Source: Candidatus Woesebacteria bacterium (lineage in GTDB: Bacteria > Patescibacteriota > Microgenomatia > UBA12405). From it: DNA of 64,000 nucleotides. Below, piece after piece: positions 49,325 through 56,792 of this stretch. How positions within the stretch are numbered: the stretch's first letter is position 1; every line of letters starts with the position of its first letter. Under the pieces are notes generated by a model. It saw nothing but the letters and a program-made list of their open reading frames with translations. It was not told the DNA's origin and did not search any database. The stretch covers positions 13,697 through 77,696 of the forward strand of contig DAONDY010000001.1 of assembly GCA_035402805.1 (NCBI GenBank), in the 5' to 3' direction. Both the position numbers and the translations under genes were made by a program.

Positions 49325-49358
49325 GCAGAATATATAAAAATATAGTATTCTATTATGT

Positions 49359-51566
49359 ATGGGTATTAATAGTTTTTGGCTGTTTTATATTGAAGCCGAC
49401 AGTATTTTAGTTTCTCTCATTAGTTGGGGAAATGGCCGCTATTATGTTGCTTCAATCGGTCCTAGAGTTGAATGTGACATCAATAATAAAGAATCACTTT
49501 TAAAAGCGGCTGATGAGTCCCTTTCCAGTGCTGCCGCCAGCGCCGATATTCCAGAAGATCAAGAACCGATGTTTGCTGGGCTAGTTATCCCTTCGTCTTG
49601 GGTGGGTCCAGATGGCAAAATTACTAAAGAAAAATCAGATATTATTTTGCCTCTTCTTAAAGAGCTTGACCTTAAACCATCAGGTTTTATGTCCAACGAT
49701 GAAGCCATTATTGAAGAATCAAACAAACCCGATGATTTTCCCGCTAGTTTCATTAATCTCTATTTAGAATCTAATGCCTTTGAATTATCTTTAATTTATC
49801 TTGGCAAAGTAAAAAAAAGAATCAGAAAAGTTTTTGACACCGAATTTAATGCCCAACTAGTCGAAGATTCTCTATTAGAATTAAATTCCGATTCAACCTT
49901 ACCTCCTCAAATTTATGTTTATGGTAAAGCTGATGATTTAGTTATCGAAAATCTTAAAAATTTTCCCTGGGTTGGTAAAAAAAATGTTGAAACTTTTCTC
50001 CATTTTCCCGAAATTAAACTCTATCAAGACCATGATTTAATAAATATTTTTTTTAAGGCCATCACTTCTCAAATGATTGGTGGGGGAAATCCTAATCATC
50101 AACCTCTTCCTCAGGCTGAAGATCAAGAACCAGAAGAGTCATTAGATTCAGAAGAATCACCAGAGCCAGAAGAGGTAAAAACAGTTGAAAATTTGGAAGA
50201 AGTTGAAGAGATTGAAGAAACGCCAGAAGTGTCAGAACCTTCAGAAGAAAATTTAGAAGAAGTTTCTTTTAGCGATTTAGGTTTTGCCAAAGAAGAAGCT
50301 GTTGTTGTTCCTCCTCGAGAGATTTTCAATATTGAACCTATCAATACTGAGCCTGTCGAAGCACCTAAACCAGAGAAAAAACCAATTTCTTTTAATTTTC
50401 CTAAAATAAAATTTAAGCTTCCCAAATTTAAAAATAATTTTTTGCTTTTTATTTTTCCCATCGCTTTAGTCATTCTTTTTCTACCCATTCTATTTTCCAA
50501 AGCCAATATCGTTCTTTTTGTTACTCCATACGAATTTAATAAAACAGTTAACGTTACTCTTGATTCTAATGCCACCAGTCTCACTTCCTCAGTCATTCCC
50601 GTCGACAAAAAAACAGTTACTATAAATTCTTCTGTTACTATCAAAACCACTGGCCAAAAAGTTATCGGTAATAAAGCCACTGGTGAAATTACTATTTTTA
50701 ATAAAGTTGAAAAAGTTCAAAGTATCCCTAAAGGTTCAATTTTAATTGATTCTAAAAATCAAAAATTTGAATTGATGAGTGCTGTCCAGGTCGCTTCTAG
50801 CAGCTCTAATTTTAATGCTAATCCGCCAACCATGGTTCTCGGTCAATTGAAAACTGTAATTTCCGCCAGTGATATTGGGCCTGAATACAATATTCCCAAA
50901 GAGACCACTTTACATTTTAAAGATTTTCCCGAAACTTCAATTATTGTTAAAAGCAATACTGATTTTACTGGGGGAACTAAAGAACAAATTGGTGCCGTCA
51001 GCCAACAGGATAAAGTTGCCGCTGAGGCTCAGTTAGCTTTGAAATTAAAAGAAGAAGCCGATCAAAAAATAAGCCAGGAATTTAATACTTCAAATAATGC
51101 CATTAAAGAGACTATTCAAACCAAAAAAGGTAAAACTGAACTCAATCGTGAAGTAGGGGAGGAAACTGATGAACTAACTGCCAGTGCCGATTCGACTGTC
51201 AGTGTTTTTGTTTTTAAACCCGAGTTAAAAAATCAAATACTAGCTCAATTATTATCATCAGAAACTGGTTATTCTGATTCTGATATAAATCCCGACTCTT
51301 TCGTTTTCACCTTAAAAATCGATAAATTAGATTCCAACAAGGCCACTGGTAGTTTAAATATTAAAGGTTCTTCTCTGCCAAAAATTAACGTTGAATTGCT
51401 TAAGAAAAATATTTCCGCTAAAACTACCAAAAAAGCTCAAGAAATTATTAAAAAAACTATCAGCCGTGTCTATGATTATAATTTAAAAATTACTTTTAAA
51501 ATTTTTAATATTTTACCTTTAAACACAAAGAATATTTTTATTGATGTTAAAAACGAATCACCGTGA
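49359..51566 (+). CDS. Membrane protein with an N-terminal FtsA/PilM-like actin-fold segment, acidic linker, one TM and a large extracytoplasmic domain
   Basis: 735 aa. N-terminal FWLFYIEADSILVSLISWGNGRYYVASIG resembles the FtsA/PilM first beta-hairpin (hLDIGssKIavlV), with a degenerate phosphate loop. Glu-rich linker, TM ~residues 352-372. Stop overlaps the sortase start (ATGA). Confidence 0.45.
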   Translation: MGINSFWLFYIEADSILVSLISWGNGRYYVASIGPRVECDINNKESLLKAADESLSSAAASADIPEDQEPMFAGLVIPSSWVGPDGKITKEKSDIILPLLKELDLKPSGFMSNDEAIIEESNKPDDFPASFINLYLESNAFELSLIYLGKVKKRIRKVFDTEFNAQLVEDSLLELNSDSTLPPQIYVYGKADDLVIENLKNFPWVGKKNVETFLHFPEIKLYQDHDLINIFFKAITSQMIGGGNPNHQPLPQAEDQEPEESLDSEESPEPEEVKTVENLEEVEEIEETPEVSEPSEENLEEVSFSDLGFAKEEAVVVPPREIFNIEPINTEPVEAPKPEKKPISFNFPKIKFKLPKFKNNFLLFIFPIALVILFLPILFSKANIVLFVTPYEFNKTVNVTLDSNATSLTSSVIPVDKKTVTINSSVTIKTTGQKVIGNKATGEITIFNKVEKVQSIPKGSILIDSKNQKFELMSAVQVASSSSNFNANPPTMVLGQLKTVISASDIGPEYNIPKETTLHFKDFPETSIIVKSNTDFTGGTKEQIGAVSQQDKVAAEAQLALKLKEEADQKISQEFNTSNNAIKETIQTKKGKTELNREVGEETDELTASADSTVSVFVFKPELKNQILAQLLSSETGYSDSDINPDSFVFTLKIDKLDSNKATGSLNIKGSSLPKINVELLKKNISAKTTKKAQEIIKKTISRVYDYNLKITFKIFNILPLNTKNIFIDVKNESP

Positions 51567-52282
51567 GCTATCTTTATCTTAAAAAAAATACCCCCTCCCC
51601 AAAAAATAAATCGACCGCCAAAAAGAAAAAAATGGCTACTATCTTTCTGGTCATTGGTTTAGTCTTTTTCTTTTCAGCTCTTTTCCCCATTCTTAAGTTT
51701 CAACTCCAGTCTTCGCTTAATTTCAGTCAAATGATTAACCCTCTTTCTTTAAAATCTTACAGCGGTTCTCAAAATATTTTAGGCACAGTTACTACCGATT
51801 ACACTCAAATGGCTAATTGGTTTGTTGCCGATTCTAGCGAAAATAATCAGCTTTTTTCCAATAACAATAACTTAACTTATAAAATTTCTATTCCTAAATT
51901 AAAAATTAAAGATGCCGTTGTGACTATTGGTAGTATGGATTTAAAAAAAAGTTTAATTCAATATCCCCAAACGGCTCTTCCTGGTCAACTTGGAAATACT
52001 GTCGTTTTCGGACACTCAGTTTTGCCTCAATTTTTTAATCCAAACAATTATCTAACCATTTTTTCTACCCTCTATAAGTTAAAACAGGGAGATGAAATAT
52101 TTATTGAATACGATAGCGTCCAATATAAATATATTATTAATGAAATGTTCGAAGTTAAACCCACCGACCTTTCGGTTCTTGAACAACGTTTTGATCAAAA
52201 AAATTTGACTCTTATAACTTGCAGTCCCCCAGGCACTTATCTTCGCCGTCTTATCATTAAAGCCAGTTTGAGCATTAATTAA
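51563..52282 (+). CDS. Sortase-family transpeptidase
   Basis: 239 aa. N-terminal TM. Catalytic His region (VVFGHS) and the TLITC active-site Cys motif (NLTLITCSPPG), followed by a conserved Arg (YLRR). Confidence 0.7.
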   Translation: MSYLYLKKNTPSPKNKSTAKKKKMATIFLVIGLVFFFSALFPILKFQLQSSLNFSQMINPLSLKSYSGSQNILGTVTTDYTQMANWFVADSSENNQLFSNNNNLTYKISIPKLKIKDAVVTIGSMDLKKSLIQYPQTALPGQLGNTVVFGHSVLPQFFNPNNYLTIFSTLYKLKQGDEIFIEYDSVQYKYIINEMFEVKPTDLSVLEQRFDQKNLTLITCSPPGTYLRRLIIKASLSIN

Positions 52283-52330
52283 AATCCTCTCTGTCACTTT
52301 GTGACATCTCCCCTTAACAAAGGGAGAAGT
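52283..52330 (-). repeat. Copy D of the two-hairpin repeated element (minus orientation; stem 2 = UGUCAC-AAA-GUGACA)
   Basis: Reverse complement reads ACTTCTCCCTTTGTTAAGGGGAGATGTCACAAAGTGACAGAGAGGATTTT. Overlaps the 3' end of the DUF559 gene, between convergent sortase (+) and DUF559 (-). Confidence 0.65.
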
Positions 52331-52683
52331 CTTTCTAAAACTTTATCAAAGTTATTCAATATTTCATCGTTAGTAAATCTGATGGTTTTAATATTTACTG
52401 CCTTTAAATATTGATCTCTTAACAAATCATAGTTTTTCTTTTTATTATGTGAACCACCATCAATTTCAATACATAACGATAATTCACGACAATAAAAATC
52501 TAAAATAAATCTAAACATTGGTTTCTGTCTTAAAAATCTATATTTACTTTTTCTTAAATATCTCCACATTACATATTCTGCATCTGTTGGATTCTTTCTG
52601 TTATTTATAGTTAATACTTTTAATTCTTCTAAATACCTAATATGACCCTTTTGTGTTACATAATTATCATCTGTAAATTTCAT
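52294..52683 (-). CDS. DUF559-family endonuclease-domain protein (Vsr-like fold)
   Basis: 129 aa. EYVMWRYLR...FRFLRQKPMFRFILDFYCRELSLCIEIDGGSH...IKTIRFTNDEI matches the DUF559 pattern (ErxLWxxLR...FRRQ...DFyC...ElDGxxH...RF.N.ev). Confidence 0.7.
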   Translation of the reverse strand: MKFTDDNYVTQKGHIRYLEELKVLTINNRKNPTDAEYVMWRYLRKSKYRFLRQKPMFRFILDFYCRELSLCIEIDGGSHNKKKNYDLLRDQYLKAVNIKTIRFTNDEILNNFDKVLERLLPLLRGDVTK

Positions 52684-52704
52684 TACAAATAAGTATATAA
52701 AAGA

Positions 52705-52753
52705 TTTCCTCCCTTGATAAGGGAGGATACCGGTTTACCCGGAGGAAGGATTT
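52705..52753 (+). repeat. Diverged copy E of the two-hairpin element (CCUCCC-UUGAUAA-GGGAGG; ACCGG-UUUA-CCCGG; GGAGGAAGGAUUU)
   Basis: Same architecture as A-D with different stem sequences. Lies in the divergent DUF559 / ruvX region. Confidence 0.45.
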
Positions 52754-52807
52754 AAAAAAAAGCCCTGAAATGAATATTCAAACTTGAAGGTTTGTTATAA
52801 TCCTCCT

Positions 52808-53179
52808 ATGAATTATCTTTCTATTGATTATGGCACTAAAAATATTGGTCTAGCTGTTTCCATTCTTAATATTATTACTCCGATTCCTGCCATTAAAAAT
52901 GATGATCAGGTTATTGAAAATATTAAAAAAATTATTACCGATTACAAAATCGATAAAATTTATATTGGCGTCTCTGAAGGTCGCTTCGCCGATATCACCA
53001 AAACTTTCATCGACAAGCTTCGTTCTATGTTAAAATTAGATATAGAAACAGTCGAAGAAGCTGTTAGCACCATCGAAGCTCAGCAGATTTACATTAAAAA
53101 TAAAAATAAAAAGAAAGATTACAAAAAATTAATTGACTCGGTGGCCGCCGCAGTTATTTTAAGAAGAGTAGTAGATTAA
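52808..53179 (+). CDS. ruvX: Holliday-junction-resolvase-like / pre-16S rRNA nuclease (RuvX/YqgF)
   Basis: Track ORF trimmed to MNYLSIDYGTKNIGLAVS..., the YqgF signature (hLGlDhGtKrIGvAvs). Confidence 0.7.
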   Translation: MNYLSIDYGTKNIGLAVSILNIITPIPAIKNDDQVIENIKKIITDYKIDKIYIGVSEGRFADITKTFIDKLRSMLKLDIETVEEAVSTIEAQQIYIKNKNKKKDYKKLIDSVAAAVILRRVVD

Positions 53180-53194
53180 TAGTTTAATAAAATT

Positions 53195-53392
53195 ATGATC
53201 AAAAACCTAATTTCCCCCATCCAAGCCTGGTTATTATCACAGGGTCGTTGCGTTGGCTGTGGCACTTCACTTTCTCATGGTGCCAAAAAAGATGTCAGAG
53301 GCAAAACCACTGTCACCTGTAGATGCGGTCGTATTTTTATTTATGACGGTGTCAAGGGCACTTATCGTCGAGCTTTATTTGACGAAATCTAA
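53195..53392 (+). CDS. Small zinc-ribbon protein (CxxC ... CxC), hypothetical
   Basis: 65 aa. CVGCGTSL...CRCGRIF. Lies between ruvX and mltG. Confidence 0.35.
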   Translation: MIKNLISPIQAWLLSQGRCVGCGTSLSHGAKKDVRGKTTVTCRCGRIFIYDGVKGTYRRALFDEI

Positions 53393-53394
53393 AA

Positions 53395-54309
53395 ATGGCT
53401 CGGGTTTTTGCAATTATTAGCCTTTCTGTCGTTATTTTATTAGCGGGTATTTTTTCCTATCTAAAAGTTAATAATCGAGCCGTTTCCGCCGATACTTCCA
53501 ATATTATGTTTACCATCAAAGATGGTGACAGCTTGGTAAATATTTCCAAAAATCTAGAATCAAAATCATTAATTAGAAATAAATATTCCTTTTTATTTTA
53601 TGCCTACACTTTGGGATTAAATAAAAAAATCCAAGCGGGGACTTTTCGTCTTTCTCCTTCTTTATCTACTAAAGATTTAATCGTCAAGCTTTCCAAAGGC
53701 GGTGTTAGTGATTATTGGTTAAAAATCATTGAAGGTACTAGAGTTGAAGAGAACGATGTAAAAAATGCCAAAGAAGGCTATCTTTTTCCCGACAGTTATT
53801 TAATTCCTACTTATTACACCGCCGATCAAATTCTCCAAGTTATTCAATCAAATTTTGATAAAAAATTTGCTCAAGCCAAAGAGGGGGCTACTAATAAAAA
53901 ACTAACCGACAAAGAAATTGTTATTTTTGCCTCGATTTTGGAAAGAGAAGCCAGAAGTTTAAAGTCCAAACAGGAAGTAGCGGGTATTCTTTTAAATCGC
54001 CTCGAAATTGGTATGGCTTTACAAGTCGATGCTTCGGTTCAATATGCTCGTGACACTAAAAATAAACCAAAAAAATATTGGGAACCACTTTCTAAAGCCG
54101 ATATTTCCATTATTTCTCCATTTAATACCTACAAAAACCCAGGTCTTCTACCGTCTCCCATTTGTAATCCAGGCTATGATGCAATTTATGCCGCTTTTCA
54201 TCCAACTGCGTCCAATTATCTGTATTACATCACTGGTAACGATAATTTAATGCACTATGCCGTCACTCTCGATCAGCACAATTCTAACATCGCCAACTAT
54301 CTAAAATAA
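53395..54309 (+). CDS. mltG: Endolytic murein transglycosylase MltG (YceG-like)
   Basis: 304 aa. N-terminal TM. YceG motifs IVIFASILEREA, GILLNRLEIGMALQVDASVQYA, FNTYKNPGLLPSPICNPG. Confidence 0.8.
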   Translation: MARVFAIISLSVVILLAGIFSYLKVNNRAVSADTSNIMFTIKDGDSLVNISKNLESKSLIRNKYSFLFYAYTLGLNKKIQAGTFRLSPSLSTKDLIVKLSKGGVSDYWLKIIEGTRVEENDVKNAKEGYLFPDSYLIPTYYTADQILQVIQSNFDKKFAQAKEGATNKKLTDKEIVIFASILEREARSLKSKQEVAGILLNRLEIGMALQVDASVQYARDTKNKPKKYWEPLSKADISIISPFNTYKNPGLLPSPICNPGYDAIYAAFHPTASNYLYYITGNDNLMHYAVTLDQHNSNIANYLK

Positions 54310-54431
54310 TCTCAGCTATTTTTCAGTTTTTCATTCTCAATTTGCCGGTTTTTAATATACATCTGATATGTATAAAACTTATACTGTCAGTATGTAATAA
54401 ATGTGTACAATTTAATTTTTAACCTAAAACA

Positions 54432-54460
54432 TTGACAATTTTACACTTTATAGATATAAT
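54432..54460 (+). promoter_or_regulatory. Consensus sigma-70 promoter (TTGACA-17-TATAAT) driving the 54492.. gene cluster; palindromes lie upstream
   Basis: -35 at 54432-54437, -10 at 54455-54460. Palindromes TATACATctgatATGTATA (54356-54374) and ATACTGtCAGTAT (54381-54393) within the 182-nt intergenic region. Confidence 0.45.
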
Positions 54461-54491
54461 AATCACTATATTATAGGTTCTATAAAACAAG

Positions 54492-55532
54492 ATGTCTAAA
54501 GAATCAAATGATAGAATAATCGCTGGTGGTTTAGCTGTATTAAGCCTCGCTACCGGTGCTTATGCAATTGATAAAAAACCAAATTCTTTCCCTTCTGAAC
54601 CCAGTGTTAGTAGAGTTTCGCCTGGTGTAAATAATTCAGAAGAAGTTTATTCTTCAAAGTTAGTTTCGGAAGTTTACAGTCCAAGCCAAGAATCAAAAGT
54701 TTCTAGTGTAGAACCAAAAAAAGTATCTATCCCTGAAACAAAATCGGAAGTTTCTAGCGTAACAGAGCCAGTTTCCTCTCAAGTTGTCAGTTCTAAGCCA
54801 GAAGAAATAACTTCTTCCACACCGGAAGTTTATTTTCCCTCAGTAGAAGTTGGCGAATTAGAAAATGTCACCGTTATTGAATATGGCAAAAGTGAATTAG
54901 GACGCCCACTCGAAGTAATGTTGATTAAACCAACAAAAGAAGTAAAAAAAACAGTATTGCTTACTTTTGAAATACATGGTTTTGAAGGTTCTTATCCCAG
55001 AGATGGTCAAGTTTTAGTAGATCTAGGTAATGAGTTAGTTAAATATTTTTCCCAAAATCCAGATAAACTTGGCAACACTGCTCTTTATGTTGTTCCGTCA
55101 GCTAATCCAGACGGATTGATCGATGGCAACACTGACAATGGTTTTGGTAGATGTCAGGCATCAGGAATCGATATTAATCGAGATTTTGATTATCGTTGGA
55201 AAAAAGAAACCTCTAGTTTGTATAAAACTCTTTCTCCATTTTCTTCTCCAGAATCACGAGCTTTACGTGATTTAGTTGTAGATATTAAACCAAATGATGT
55301 TATTGATTTTCATGGTTGGTTTTCTACCAGTTATGGAAACACTGAACTTTGTGAAATTTTTAATCGTTTGGGCGTTAGGCGAAGTAACTGCCTTGGAACT
55401 CCTGGATATTGGACTAGTTATGCTAAAAAATATTGTGAACGTGTTGCTTTAATAGAGTTACGTGATCCAAAGTCAAGTCCAACCGATCCTCAAAAACTAA
55501 TCGAGGCAGTCACTTATCTATGTGCTGAGTAA
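54492..55532 (+). CDS. M14-family zinc carboxypeptidase-like protein (secreted or membrane-anchored, with an S/V/P-rich repeat linker)
   Basis: 346 aa. Signal/TM, imperfect SKVSSVEP / SEVSSVTEP repeats, then HxxE (EIHGFE), NPDG (SANPDG) and GIDINRDF motifs of M14 peptidases. Confidence 0.6.
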   Translation: MSKESNDRIIAGGLAVLSLATGAYAIDKKPNSFPSEPSVSRVSPGVNNSEEVYSSKLVSEVYSPSQESKVSSVEPKKVSIPETKSEVSSVTEPVSSQVVSSKPEEITSSTPEVYFPSVEVGELENVTVIEYGKSELGRPLEVMLIKPTKEVKKTVLLTFEIHGFEGSYPRDGQVLVDLGNELVKYFSQNPDKLGNTALYVVPSANPDGLIDGNTDNGFGRCQASGIDINRDFDYRWKKETSSLYKTLSPFSSPESRALRDLVVDIKPNDVIDFHGWFSTSYGNTELCEIFNRLGVRRSNCLGTPGYWTSYAKKYCERVALIELRDPKSSPTDPQKLIEAVTYLCAE

Positions 55533-55607
55533 TTTTGTTGTAGAAATTTGGTGTTTTTAAGAACGTCTGTTTACTTTTGAAACGGAATAGTCTATATTTT
55601 TATATAA

Positions 55608-56792
55608 ATGCTTGATGATTTAAATAGAGACAATTACCAAAGTGATTTACCGACAGGGAAAGCTAAAATACCCAAATTTTTGTACATCACTGTTATTTTT
55701 CTATTAATTTTAATTTTATTTATCTTCGGATTTAATCTGTATTTAAAAAAAACAAAAGAGATAAAAAACAGCCAGACAACAAACCAGACCGATTCAACAT
55801 TAATTTCCAGTCAAGAAGCAGTTAATATAACTAAAAAAACACAAAGCTGGATCAGTTCTCAAAAAAACGAAGAAGGTATTTATCGTTTTGGATGTGAGTG
55901 TTTAGATGAGTTTTGCCAGCAATGCAAACAAAGTGTGTATTCTCCAAGAGTTATTCCTTTTGTATTGTGGAGTAAATTTAAATATGCCGAAAGTAGCAGT
56001 AATTTTAATGATTTTGTCAAGGAAGTAGAATTATCTCAAAATAGTGTCAAAGAACATTCGTTACAATATTCAGGATGGAACTGTAAATTGCTTTATGAAA
56101 CATGGAAAAGTGATAGTTTATCCCAGACAACCAAAGACCAGATTAAAAATATTTGTATCAAGAGTGAATACGAATTTGAAGATGGATTAAAACTTCCATC
56201 AAACTTAGATCAAACCCTATTAACTAACATAAAAAATATAAAAACCAATAAACCCTTGTCAGAAGTTAGTAATCAAGATCAGTTAAAGAATTTTTTTTAT
56301 AATAATTCTTTTCTTGTTTCGGAAATGGTAACCAGACATTTATGGAGTGAAATAACACACTATGTTTATTTAGAAAGTAATTTATCTGAAACTGATTTGG
56401 CAAAAATATATTTTGATAAAGCATTAAAAGGTTATTTTCTAAAAGAAAAATTAGGAGTTAAAGAAAATGCGGTTTTAGGAATAGCCGCCATTGATATGTA
56501 CAAACTGACTAAAGATGAAACTTATTTAGATTTTTCTAAATATCTTTTAAATTTAAAACCAGAAATAGGCAATAATTCATCTTATAACTTGATTTATCAA
56601 GCTTTGTTAGCTCGTGAATTAGCTATAGTTAGCCAGGATAAATCATATGAATCAATCTTTAAAACAACTGTTTCCAATATTGTTAAATATAATAAATCAA
56701 ATAGCTACCAAGAAGGTGCTTTCAAAGCGCCAAGTGAGGCTTTTTATTTAACGGAAAATAGTTTAATTTCTGGTTTAATTTCAATGTTATGA
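55608..56792 (+). CDS. Membrane-anchored hypothetical protein, possibly an alpha/alpha-toroid-like fold
   Basis: 394 aa. N-terminal TM. CxC...CxxC cluster (GCECLDEFCQQC). SWISSQKNEEGIY resembles QxxxGxW repeats. Stop overlaps the next start (ATGA). Confidence 0.35.
   Translation: MLDDLNRDNYQSDLPTGKAKIPKFLYITVIFLLILILFIFGFNLYLKKTKEIKNSQTTNQTDSTLISSQEAVNITKKTQSWISSQKNEEGIYRFGCECLDEFCQQCKQSVYSPRVIPFVLWSKFKYAESSSNFNDFVKEVELSQNSVKEHSLQYSGWNCKLLYETWKSDSLSQTTKDQIKNICIKSEYEFEDGLKLPSNLDQTLLTNIKNIKTNKPLSEVSNQDQLKNFFYNNSFLVSEMVTRHLWSEITHYVYLESNLSETDLAKIYFDKALKGYFLKEKLGVKENAVLGIAAIDMYKLTKDETYLDFSKYLLNLKPEIGNNSSYNLIYQALLARELAIVSQDKSYESIFKTTVSNIVKYNKSNSYQEGAFKAPSEAFYLTENSLISGLISML

Noticed and set aside
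52079-52297. 72-aa minus-strand ORF antisense to the sortase 3' end, starting with GTG inside element copy D
   Set aside because: The start codon is created by the element's second hairpin and the ORF is antisense to a well-supported gene. Judged spurious.
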